Shown piece after piece: positions 31,390-43,891 of a stretch of DNA of 64,000 nt. A program made the translations under genes and the position numbers. The stretch lies in NCBI GenBank assembly GCA_951406725.2, contig OX597830.1, positions 28,768,001 to 28,832,000 of the forward strand, given 5' to 3'. The notes under the pieces were generated by a model that saw only the letters and a program-made list of their open reading frames with translations, was not told the DNA's origin and made no database searches. The stretch is from Octopus vulgaris. Taxonomy: Eukaryota. Each line of letters begins with the position of its first letter. The stretch's first letter is position 1.

Positions 31390-31600
31390 ATGGCAAGATG
31401 GCAGAATCGTTTGTGCCTCGAGTAAAATACTTTGCGATAATCCCTACTGTTATTTCCTTTGTGAGATCAAAATCGGCCGAGATCAACTTTGTCTATGATC
31501 CATCTGGGGTTGTTAAAGTCCAGTAACTCTCATGCTCTAAATTTAGTCGTATCATCTATCACAAACCCCTCAAAGTTGCTGTTGTATTGCCTAAATAAAT
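31390..31600 (+). mobile_element. Degenerate family B SINE
   Basis: GATGGCAGAATCGTT...GAGATCAAAATCGGCCGAGATCAACTTTG. Confidence 0.65.
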
Positions 31601-31642
31601 AAATAAAAAACTAGAATGGTTTTCCAAGCTGTTCTTTGCGAA

Positions 31643-31853
31643 GGCGCATGGCCTAGTGGTTAGTGTGCTGGATTCATGCTCGTAAGACTGGTTTTAATTC
31701 CTAGACAGAACGAAGCGTTGTCTTATTGAGCAAAACACTTTATTTCACGTATCTCCAGTCCCCTAAGCTGGAAAAAAAATCAGTAATCCTGAAACAGACC
31801 GGCGTCCCGTCAAGGGCGAAATATATACACCAGACAGGGGAAACCGGCCTTAC
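31643..31853 (+). mobile_element. tRNA-headed SINE with V-domain-like segment; head related to family C
   Basis: GGCGCATGGCCTAGTGGTTAG A-box; TTATTGAGCAAAA shared with family C; ACCGGCGTCCCGTCAAGGG resembles the V-SINE central motif. Confidence 0.55.
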
Positions 31854-31924
31854 ACTCGCTACGGAGTAATGTGGTGTGAGCTAATGTATTCATTAAGAAT
31901 TTGCTTTAGTTAATATTATTAATG

Positions 31925-32660
31925 TTAGCTTCAGACTTTTAGCTCAGGGCCAGCAATTTCGGTAGGGAGGTTAAGTCGATAATATTAACCGCAGTGCTTA
32001 ACTAGTATTTATTTTATCAACCTCAAATGGATGAGAAGCAAAATAGAACTCTGAGCGTAAAGACGAACAGAAATGTCTCTTTAGCATTTTGCCCGGCGTG
32101 CTAAAGATTCTTCCAGGTCATCGTCTTTCCTATTACTAATAATCGCTTCAAATTTTGACACGTGACCATCAGTTTCGGGAGAGGTATTCAGTCGATTAAA
32201 TCAACCCCAGTATTTCGTTGGTACTTGTTTTATCGGCGTCCCCTCGAAACGATTAATGGCAAAGTCGACTTCATCGGAATTTGAACTTAGAAAGTAAAGA
32301 TGGATGAAATGACACTTGACATTTCTAACAATTCTGCCTTGTTAACAATCGTGCCGACTCGCCTCCTCTGCTATTGCTAGCCCCCTGGTTTCAAATTTTG
32401 GCACAAGGCCAGCAATTTCGGGACAAAATCGATCAAGTCAAAATACATTTATCAGCCTGGTCAGCTAACGATTTTGCAAGCTCGCCATTCGATCATGATG
32501 ATAACAATCCTTTCTACCATAGGCACAAGGGTTTAAATTAGGCGGAAGGATATTGGTCGATTGTATCAACCCCAGTGTTGTACTTGTACTTAATCTATCG
32601 TCTCCGAAAGGACGAAAGGCAAAGTCGACCTCGGCGGAATTTGAGCTCAGAACACAGCCA
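31925..32660 (-). mobile_element. Cluster of 3-4 co-oriented degenerate family B SINEs
   Basis: Repeated GGCCAGCAATTTCGG, CAACCCCAGT and AAAGTCGAC..GGAATTTGA.CT.AGAA segments. Confidence 0.8.
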
Positions 32661-33312
32661 CTCGTACGTTTATACACACACACACCTATGTATAATATAC
32701 ATCTATATCTAAACGCATATGTATGTTTATATGTAAGTATACATACACACACATATATATGTTTAGACAGAAAGAGAAAGAGAGTGAGAGACTAATAGCT
32801 ATCTAGATAAATAAATAACTAGAAAGATAAATAGATAGTTAAATAGATATGCAAATCCAAACATATATAGTATAAACTCACACACACACACACACACACC
32901 ACGGTAAACCTACATATTAATGCATAATGCATACACACATATACATGTATCATACATACATAAATAATCATACACGCATTTGTACACATAGAACACACAC
33001 ACACACACACACATACCTGTGCGTAGATGTGTGACCCCTGCATGCGTTTGTGTGTGCGTACTGATAGCTGCACCTTTTGTGTGAACGAAAAAGTATACGT
33101 GCATGCATGCCTCTCTGTTTACAAACATATACATTTATCTGCCAACCGAATTCATACATCCATTTTCTAAGTAACTTCGTTAACGGTAAATTAATCGTCT
33201 TTCATTAATTTTTAATTAACTACTTGTTTTCTGATTAGTTGTCATTCAATTATTTATTCACTGATTGTTTATAGTTCTTCGACTTTTATTTATTTATCAA
33301 TCCGGTTAATGC

Positions 33313-33365
33313 ATAATCACGTGTTCGACGCCATTTTTGAAATAATCACGTCACTTCCGCAGTCA
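33313..33365. promoter_or_regulatory. Promoter-like motif cluster (E-box, YY1, overlapping ETS-CRE)
   Basis: CACGTG 33318-33323, CGCCATTTT 33329-33337 and TCACGTCACTTCCGC 33346-33360 lie within 50 bp of non-repetitive DNA. Confidence 0.4.
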
Positions 33366-33847
33366 CCCGGAGTGTTCAATGTATTTCGTTGTTACTGCAC
33401 TACAATCGAATACTACAACATGTTAATATAAATATATAGACGTAACTGCCGTCATACACAAACACATAAACCGTAGACCGTTGCGTAAGGAAAACAGAAG
33501 TATACAGTAATTTTCAATGATTATAATATGAACCGAAAGACGCTGTATTTTGTTGAATGTCATCGTTTCTCCGCATCTCTCCGTGAGGTGTTTACGGGTT
33601 GGTTTTTTGTTTGTAAATATAGGTGTGTGTGTGGACACATGTGTGTGTGGATACATGTGTGTTTGGTGTGTGTGAGTGTGTACCTGTCACTTTGTCTCTG
33701 TGTCGACGAGGGCGTGTGTGTCATGCGTTCATTGCTTTAGTGTACCGTACAGGTATGTGAGACATAATGTATGATGATAAACAGGTGAGTGTCGTGCGTA
33801 CATATATTTTCACATGTGTGTGTGCGCGTACCTGCGTACAAATACAT

Positions 33848-33886
<39 letters not shown>

Positions 33887-34021
33887 CACATGCATACAGA
33901 TGGTGAATAAAAGGGGTATACACATGCATGTATTTGTGTCACATTGTCTCCGCGTGTATCTACATATTAAGTTTGTACATATATATTTTTATGTATTTAT
34001 CTTATTATAAACATATATGCA

Positions 34022-34164
<143 letters not shown>

Positions 34165-34177
34165 TAGAGAGTCGAAG

Positions 34178-34890
34178 ACGTGGATGTGTGGTAGGAAGTT
34201 TGCTTTTCAATGCACATGGTTCCAGGTTCAATAGGACATTCGGCAACTGACTTCTACTATGAGTGGATTTGGTACACGGAAACAGAAAGAAGCCTATCGT
34301 AGATGTGTTTGTATGCGTGTGTGTGTGCGCGTGTGTGCGTGTGTGAGTGTGTGTGTCTGTGTGTTTGCCGAAACCGCTGATTGACAGGTGTTGCTGTGCT
34401 TGCACCCCCGTAAACGTAGCGGTTCCGCGTGGAGACCGATAGAATCATTTTTAAAAAATTGATAAACAAAATTTAGTTCTGGGGTCAAATCCAATCGTAT
34501 AAAACCCCCTCATGGCCATGCCCCAGCATGGCCGTACTCTAATGCTTGATACAAATAAACGATAATATAGGAGTGGCTAGGTGGTAAGTACCTTGCATAA
34601 CAACCACATGGTCCCGCGTTCAGTCTCACTGTGTGGCACCTTCAGCAACTGTTTTCTACTGTCGCCTCGGGCCGACCAAAGCCTTCTATATATATATATA
34701 TATATGCGCGCGCACGTTTGGGTGCGTGTGTCTGTATTTGTCCCTCCACCATCGCTTCACAACCGATGTTGGTATGTTTATGTCCTCGTAACTTACCGAA
34801 TCGGCAAAAGAGGGCGATAGAATAAGTACCAGGCTTATAAAGAATAAGTCCTGGGGTCTATTTATTCGGCTAAATGCAGTGCTCCAGCAT
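34178..34890 (+). mobile_element. Two tandem family A SINEs (34178-34567, 34568-34890)
   Basis: Two heads (GTGG.TGTGTGGTA / GGAGTGGCTAGGTGGTAAG), each followed by family A body segments. Confidence 0.85.
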
Positions 34891-34913
34891 ATATATATAA
34901 GAATATATATATA

Positions 34914-34952
<39 letters not shown>

Positions 34953-34984
34953 CAAAAAGCAACAAGAATGGATTAAAATCTCGA

Positions 34985-35022
<38 letters not shown>

Positions 35023-35031
35023 TATATATAA

Positions 35032-35092
<61 letters not shown>

Positions 35093-35270
35093 GTGTGTGT
35101 ATATATATATATATAGCAATGGGTATCATATTAGCACCATTTCATTTCTATTCTGATATCCTTTACGCTTATATCTTTTATATTTTCGCTAATACTTGCT
35201 ACACTCATTGGATTGCTGCCATAAAGATTCCTGTAACTTCTCTGCACCGACTCTTGTTTATATATATGTA

Positions 35271-35677
35271 TCTCTTTTACTCTTTTACTTTTACTTGTTT
35301 CAGTCATTTGAAAGCGGCCATGCTGGAGCACCGCCTTTCATCGGGCAACTCGACCCCGGACTTATTCTTTTGTAAGCCCAGTACTTATTCTATCGGTCTC
35401 TTTTGCCGAACCGCTAAGTAACGGGAACATAAACACACCAGCATCGGTTGTCCAGCAATGCTAGGGGGACAAACACAGACACACACGCACGCATATATGT
35501 ATACATATATACGACGGGCTTCTTTCAGTTTCCGTCTACCAAATCCACTCAGAAGGCTTTGGTCGGCCCGAGACTATAGTAGAAGACACTTGCCCAAGGT
35601 GCCTCGCAGTGGGACTGAACCTGGAACCATGTGGTTGGTAAACAAGCTACTTACCACACAGCCACTCCTGCGCCTAT
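35271..35677 (-). mobile_element. Family A SINE, full length, little diverged
   Basis: Reverse complement of 35762-36163 along its length. Confidence 0.95.
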
Positions 35678-35728
35678 GCCACTCCTGCGCCTATGCCTCT
35701 CCTGCGCCTATGCCACTCCGGCACCTAT
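35661..35728. repeat. 4 x 17-bp tandem repeat of the SINE 5' terminus
   Basis: GCCACTCCTGCGCCTAT twice exactly, then two variant copies. Confidence 0.95.
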
Positions 35729-35761
35729 ATGTATATATATAAATATATACTTATCAATTTA

Positions 35762-35933
35762 AGGCGCAGGAGTGGCTGTGTGGTAAAGAGCTTGCTTACC
35801 AACCACATGGTTCCGGGTTCAGTCCAACTGCGTGGCATTTTGGGCAAGTGTCTTCTGCTATAGCCCCGGGCCGACCAATGCCTTGTGAGTGGATTTGGTA
35901 GACGGAAACTGAAAGGAGCCTGTCGTATATATG

Positions 35934-35964
<31 letters not shown>

Positions 35965-36163
35965 TTGTGTGTTTTGTTGACAACCGGTGCTGGTGTGTTT
36001 ACGTCCCCGTAACTTAGCGGTTCGGCAAAAGAGACCGATAGAATAAGTACTGGGCTTACAAAGAATAAGTCCCGGGGTCGATTTGCTCGATTAAAGGCGG
36101 TGCTCCAGCATGGCCGCAGTCAAAGGACTGAAACAAGTAAAAGAGTAAAAAAAGAGTAAAGAG
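35762..36163 (+). mobile_element. Family A SINE, full length
   Basis: GGCGCAGGAGTGGCTGTGTGGTAA (A box), GGTTCAGTCC (B box), TTGGGCAAGTGTCTTC (CORE-like), AAGAGTAAA tail repeats. Confidence 0.95.
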
Positions 36164-36499
36164 TATATATTTATGGATACATGTCCCCCTCCCATTTTGC
36201 TTCAAAATATGCTCTTTCTCTGACGCAGCGTAATGCATCTTCACATCTAGAGCATTCTGTGTACCTCTCACAAAAATTCTATCACTGTTGGACTCCCTAC
36301 GTCCAGTCTCATATGAAAATCAACACTCCACATGTAAATTGATCCATGGCGTTTACGTATTTATTTATTTATTTATTGTCAGGACACTTCACTAAACCTC
36401 TACTTAATATGACTTCGCTCTGTGTCATTTTATGTGGACCCTTTCGATGTCACATATACTCCGGCCACATACGCAAACCCATACATATAAACCCTAACA

Positions 36500-36572
36500 C
36501 GCACACACACACATAAATATATACATGTACATATATATATATATATATACATATATACATATATATATATGC

Positions 36573-36607
<35 letters not shown>

Positions 36608-36647
36608 ATAAATATATATACACATATATATATATATATACACATAT

Positions 36648-36679
<32 letters not shown>

Positions 36680-36985
36680 TATATGCATGTGTATTTGTGC
36701 TTGTTTATATATGTAGGTAGCTGTGTATGCATATATGGATGTGCAACTTCTCTACAAAAGTCAGTTAAAAGACAACAGCGGTAACAATAATTGTAATAAT
36801 GAACTTTATTGACCACATGCACGCATAGATACAATAAAAGATCCATAGTGTATATAATGATAACAATAGCAATAATAATACCAACAACCACCACGATGAT
36901 AACAACAACAAAAAGAAAAACAACAATAATAATAAGGATGATGATGATGATGATGATAATAATAATAATAATAATAATAATAGTG

Positions 36986-37061
<76 letters not shown>

Positions 37062-37200
37062 TGATAATGATAATGTTGTTGATGATGATGATGATGATAA
37101 TGATAATAATAATAATAATAATATTAATAATAAGAAGAAGAAGAACAAGAAGAACAAGAAGAAGAACAAGAGCAAGAACAAAAACAAGAACGACAACAAC
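36500..37200. repeat. (TA)n then (AAT)n/(GAT)n/(AAG)n arrays
   Basis: Direct reading. Confidence 0.95.
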
Positions 37201-37227
37201 GATAATAGCATTAACTTTAACAACAAT

Positions 37228-37637
37228 TCTTTCTACTCTTGGAGGAAAGCCTAAACGTTTGGGAGAGGAGGCTAGTCGAGTACAGCGACCCCAGTGTCCA
37301 ACTGGTACTTATTCCATCGACCCCTAAACGATGATAAACAAATCGAAATTTGAAATCAGTGAAATTTGAACTCAGAACCTATAGACCTCTATGTGTGTGT
37401 GTGTGAGTGTATATATGTTTGTGTGTCTGTGTTTGTCCCCTCAAGATCGCTTGTCAACCGATGTCGGTGTGTTTAAGTCCCCGTAACTTAGCGGTTCGGC
37501 AAAAAGAGACCGATAGAATAAGTACTATGCTTACAAAGAATAAGTCCTGGGGTCAATTTGCTCGAATAAAGGTGTTGTTCCTAAAGGTGTTGTTCAGCCA
37601 AATAACTGAAACATGTAAAAGAGAGAGTAAAGAGTAA
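37228..37637. mobile_element. Family B fragment (-, 37228-37380) joined to family A 3' half (+, 37390-37637)
   Basis: CGACCCCAGTGTCCAACTGGTACTTATT; CCCCGTAACTTAGCGGTTCGGCAAAAAGAGACCGATAG. Confidence 0.82.
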
Positions 37638-37790
37638 CAGGCTAAGACGAATACAATATTTTACGACAGAGAAATTTTTAATGGTCAAAACGAAGATAAA
37701 TGTATATAAGCATACACATACACATAAATCGTAAACGTTTGTGATCAGAGCATCTCAGAACTCTAGGTTCCTACCAATCCGGGTTACATT

Positions 37791-38205
37791 TCTTATTTCT
37801 TTATTGCCCACAAGGGACTAAACATAGAGGGAACAAACAAGGACAGACAAAGGGATTAAGTCGATTACTTCGACCCCAGTGCATAACTGGTACTTAATTT
37901 ATCGACCTCGAAAGGATGACAGGCAAAGTCGACCTCGGCGGAATTTGAACTCAGAACGTAAAGGCAGACGAAACAGCTATTTATTTACTAACCACAAGGG
38001 GCTAAACATAGAGGGGACAAACAAGGATAGACAAACGTATTAAGTCGATTACATCGACCCCAGTGCGAAACTGGTACTTATTTAATCGACCCCGAAAGGA
38101 TGAAAGGCAAAGTCGACCTCGGCGGAATTTGAACTCAGAACGTAACGGCAGACGAATTAGCGCTAAGCATTTCGCCCGCGCGCTAATGTTTCTGCCAGCT
38201 TGCTG
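37791..38205 (-). mobile_element. Family B SINE dimer
   Basis: Two units whose internal junction matches the unit 1/2 junction of the 29471 trimer; possible TSD TTA(C/T)ATTTCT at 37784-37793 and 38208-38217. Confidence 0.92.
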
Positions 38206-38299
38206 GCTTATATTTCTGTAAAGTGAATCCTCCATCATGCGTCCGCGAAAACTTCGTTCTTAACTAAACGGTGGAAGCCCTCGCACATTTGGGGTTGAT

Positions 38300-39050
38300 A
38301 TCGTTATACTCAAGATACACTGATGACATACTCATTAAAAACGTTTATCATTCATGCTGGTACGGTACACATCCTGCATCTCCTCAACAATCAATACCTT
38401 TGATACATCCTCTTTGAGTGTCGGTAATTCATTTGGAAATTGTATTCTTCTTTCGGATTACTGTTTCGGTATTTCCGGTCTCAATATGACACTAAGCAGC
38501 AGTTATATTACACATATAGCAACAGGATCCTTTCTTTTCCACTACTACCCTGATCGTCTTTGCCTCATTCCCTGAATGATATTCCGTTCTGAGATATCTT
38601 TGTTGTCTTCGAAAGATGATGCTTCGTTGTGGACCACTTCTGCAGTCGATATGTATCTTTCAGTTTAAAAAATATAAGGAAACCCCGAAAGTTAAAAGTC
38701 CGTACTGATATTCCTGATCATAATAAAAAAAAATTGACTCACGCAACGTAACATTAGCCTGTGTCTATGTGAAGCGTACCAGCTCTGTTTCGTCGCCTTA
38801 TCTTCGGTCTTAGAAACCAGCCACAGAATCTATATATCCTTCTGCAATACCTAAGTAAGGTCTTCTTTCTAAGAACCCTTTCAAGAGCGAATGGAAGCCT
38901 ACGCAGCATTCTTGTAAAGATATCACATTATATGTATGCGTACATCAAGCAAAGAGGTATCGACATTTGTAACATACCCTCAGCCACTCTTTCTCTTCCT
39001 CTTTTAACTGAATGAAAATTAGTTTCTGCTATTGCCTCACACCATAAGCA
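38300..39050 (-). mobile_element. Possible decayed LINE ORF1 (zinc-knuckle type)
   Basis: Broken minus-strand frames; AKTIRVVVEKKGSCCYMCNIT (38501-38563) resembles the V-V-E-G---C--C lead-in to a CCHC knuckle, but the GH..C half is missing. Confidence 0.35.
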
Positions 39051-39704
39051 AATTATATTATATTATTGCTCTTCTTACTCATGTTCTTTCACCTTCATTT
39101 TAATTCAATGATTCTAAAACTCCATGTTGTATCTTCTGAGATACGTATTTCTATTTGTGCATTTCAGTTTATTTATTACAGCTTCGTTTGAAAATAGTTT
39201 CAGAGTTAGTAAGCGTAAGTTATTGTCATCAATATTGCGCTGGGCAGGTCTTCTTTGCACTCAGATGGAGACCATCTTATAATTCTTATAAACATTGCTC
39301 TCAAATGTTAGCACAAGGCCAGAAATTTCAGGGAAGGAATAGCTCGATTCGACTGACCCTATTATTCAAGTGGTACATAGTTTATCGACTCTGAAAGAAT
39401 AAAAGGCAGAATGTAAATTCGAAAGGAATGCTGCTTAGCATTTTGTGCTCGTCTAACTCCGATAATTGGATAGGTGTTCCCATGAAACCAATACAGTAAT
39501 CACAGACGAATATATACTTTCTAAGCAAAGAACTTTGGAGCATGAAAGGACACGATAAACAACAAAATAAGTGACAACAAGAATAATAGAAGTGTCTAAT
39601 TTAGGCACAAGTTAAGGAAGATGCTGTTGACTTCGAAAGGGTGAAATGAAGATATAAACGTTGCGGGATTTGAAGTTAGAACAACAACAACAAAAGCAGC
39701 AGCA

Positions 39705-40240
39705 GTGGAGGCACAATGGCCCAGTAGTTAGGGCAGCGGACTCGCAGTCGACAGAACGCGGTTTCGATTCCAAGACTGGGCATTGTGACTGTTTATTGAG
39801 CAAAAATACCTAAGCTCTACGAGCCTCCGACAGAGGAGGGTGGTGAACCCCGCTGTACTCTTTCACCACAACTTTCTCTCACTCTTTCTTCCTACTTCTG
39901 TCGCAAAGCAGAGGAACGATGGTGTAACTCACTATGGTGTGGTAAACTTTCAGACCCTAGTCTAAATTGAGATTCCTCTGTACCCTTGGATGGTTCAGCT
40001 CTCCACCCGTTAAAAGCCACCGTTTGCGGAATGAGGATAACAACGTAGCTTTCGCGCCCGTGCAACCGCCAGTCTATCGCGTGTGGTGGGCGAATCTTCA
40101 AGTTGCCACACGAATTCTTAGTAGCTTAGAGTAGGCTCGAATTAAAGATTATTCTTTGTGGCTAATGGCGAGAGTCCTGATTAGAAGAAGAAGGAGGAGA
40201 AGAAGAAGAAGAAGAAGAAGAAGAAGAAGAAGAAGAAGAA

Positions 40241-40272
<32 letters not shown>

Positions 40273-40278
40273 AGAAGA
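39705..40278 (+). mobile_element. Family C SINE: tRNA head, ~400-bp body, (GAA)n tail
   Basis: TGGCCCAGTAGTTAG A box, GGTTTCGATTCC B box; colinear with 45487-46017. Confidence 0.9.
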
Positions 40279-40313
40279 CTGCAGCAACCGTAGGAACAAC
40301 AACAGCAAAAATC

Positions 40314-40990
<677 letters not shown>

Positions 40991-41002
40991 TAATAGATAC
41001 AC

Positions 41003-41052
<50 letters not shown>

Positions 41053-42079
41053 GTGTGTTTGTGTGTGAGCATATAAGTGTGTTTAAAATACAAATGGAAT
41101 AATTAAAGGGAGCTCATTCACACAGGGGTTGGAATCCGCAACCTAGAATGGATCAGAACTTCTCCCTAAATCAACAACCTTCTACTTCGCTCCGTCCTGC
41201 AAACTGCGACCGTCAAATTTGTCTGTTAGTACTTTCATATTCAGCAGAACAGTCAATAGATAAATTTCTTATAACTAGGGAATATAACCTCTCAGATCTG
41301 GTGTTAGTTGGTCGCTATTGTTGTCTTTATAACACGTCAGTTGGCTAGAGTCTCTTTGCACTTGCCCACCGTACATTACAATATCTGGTTCGTCATCTAA
41401 CATGGCTACACATTCGACAATTAGTTCAGGATCGTCCAACAAATTCATCCCAAAATACTAGTGCTACATGGTACTGAGTGCCACATGGTGTTGAGCTCCA
41501 CGTCTTATGAGACTTCCAGTCACTTGTCTGCGTCTGTTCGGATTCCTTTTTCTGGCCAACATTTTAATTCGTTTGTAGTTTCACTTAATTATTTAGTGTC
41601 CATCTCCTCCCATTGTCAATGGAAGCAGATGTAGACGATGAGGATGTATTGTCAGACGTAGTCTTAGAGGTCTGAAGCTGGAGTGTGGAGAAAGTACATT
41701 TAGTTTCTGGATCACCGTTAGCCCCTAAGGCTGGTGGCACAGAAGGCGTGTCCGTTATTCTTGTTTCTGCCCCGACTCTTTTTGTAGCTGTGAATTTGGT
41801 TACTCTGGAGACAGAAGATTCACCAGCAACGGTATTTACTTCTGGTGTTTTCGATGCAAAATAAGGCTTTTACTTCTAGGATATTTCAAAAAAGCGAATG
41901 GGTAAAACCCGACGGGAACATTACATTGAGTAGTAAGTATTGCAATCAATTATTTCTGAGACTAGGAGAAAGCCCTATTTAATGAGTAACGTGAATAATA
42001 GCTACGCCGACTTCAAACCAAATAACACCACAAACATCACCTAGAGCACAACCGTGAACAGCAACAATGATAATCATTT

Positions 42080-42500
42080 ATACTACATGCACAAGGCCAG
42101 CACTTTCTTCGGACGGGGTAAGTTGATTACATTGACCCTAGTATTGAACCTATTCTACTGACCTCGAAAAAAATGAAAAGCAAAAATCGACCTCAGCGGA
42201 ATTTGAACTTAGAGAAGGGTAAAATACTGGTAAGTATTTTCTCCCGGCGTGCTCATGATTCTTCCGGTTCGCCGCAGTAAGTCAGGACTACTAATATTAG
42301 TTTCTAATTTTGACACAAGGCTGGCAATTTCAGGATGAGGAGATAACTCGATTGCATCGACCCCAGTGTACAACTGGTGCTTATTTTATCGAACCCGAAT
42401 GGATGAAAAGTAAAGTCTACCTTGAATTCAGAATGTTGAGACGGACGAAATGCCACTAAAGCATTTCGTCCGGCATGCTAACGATCCTGCTCGCTGCCTT
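42080..42500 (-). mobile_element. Two tandem degenerate family B SINEs
   Basis: CACAAGGC(C/T)(A/G)GCA twice; CGACCTCAGCGGAATTTGAAC; AAGCATTTCGTCCGGCATGCTAACGAT. Confidence 0.8.
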
Positions 42501-43197
42501 GGCAACAGCAGTAAAAACTAACATTGACAAACTCAACAAAGGAAATATAGACAACATCAACAACATTATCACTATTACCTCCAGCACTAATCCGATAAAT
42601 ACAATACCACTAACAATATCACTATTCACCTCAATACCAAACGACACAACGCCAACACCAACAACAGCCGTTCAAGAATTTGGACCTGGAGATCTCCATT
42701 TCCAGCGACTTCGAGGGCCACCTCCCAGTGGTGTCGGGAGTCAACAAAGAGCCCTCGACTACAACAAGACGACCAAAGTTTTTTTCCAAGGTCTGGTGTC
42801 TCCCACCCCTAATCCCTAGACCATCACCTAATCACCCTTACCCGTCTCGTTGCTTTACAACAACAAAAGCATCAACAAGAAGAACAATAACAACTACAAC
42901 AACGACCATAACAAGGCCAACAAGAACTACGACCAATACAAACATTAACACCATCGCCACCACCAACACTAACTCCAACACCACCAGAATACCCACAGCT
43001 CCCATCCCTATTACCACCATCGTTTATTTCTAAGATAGTAAGAAACTCATGCTTTCAGAAGGGGAGAAGTGACACTCGTTAAAATCAACAACCGTATATT
43101 ACTAGTAGATAGAATATCGAATTTTACACAACCTATAAAAAAAACAAATACTGTTAGGTATATTGATATAAAACTGAATTAATGAACAAAATCGGTA

Positions 43198-43267
<70 letters not shown>

Positions 43268-43289
43268 TTTGTTATTATTATTATTAATA

Positions 43290-43359
<70 letters not shown>

Positions 43360-43396
43360 TTCATTATTATCATTATAATTATTATCATTAATATTA

Positions 43397-43491
<95 letters not shown>

Positions 43492-43513
43492 TTTGTTATT
43501 ATTATTATTAATA

Positions 43514-43567
<54 letters not shown>

Positions 43568-43597
43568 CATTATTATCATTATAATTATTATCATTAA

Positions 43598-43679
<82 letters not shown>

Positions 43680-43680
43680 T
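43198..43680. repeat. (TTA)n array with higher-order duplication
   Basis: Interruption patterns repeat at 43265/43490 and 43361/43567. Confidence 0.95.
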
Positions 43681-43842
43681 TCTCAGTCTTCTAATAATGA
43701 AAAGCTGATATCGGCTCTAAATCGATTTGAACTCTGATCGCTGAGATATAAAACTGCAAACTTCAAGTGAGAGATAGACTACAAATTACCAATAATAATT
43801 TAGCTGATATCTCACTTTGAATTCACAGCAACATACAAATAA

Positions 43843-43891
<49 letters not shown>

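Noticed and set aside
35661-35728. CRISPR-like array
   Set aside because: Contiguous 17-mers without spacers, derived from a SINE end, in eukaryotic DNA with no cas genes.
39705-39780. tRNA gene (also 45487, 31643, 35762, 29471)
   Set aside because: A/B boxes are present, but there is no clean cloverleaf and each continues into a repeated SINE body.
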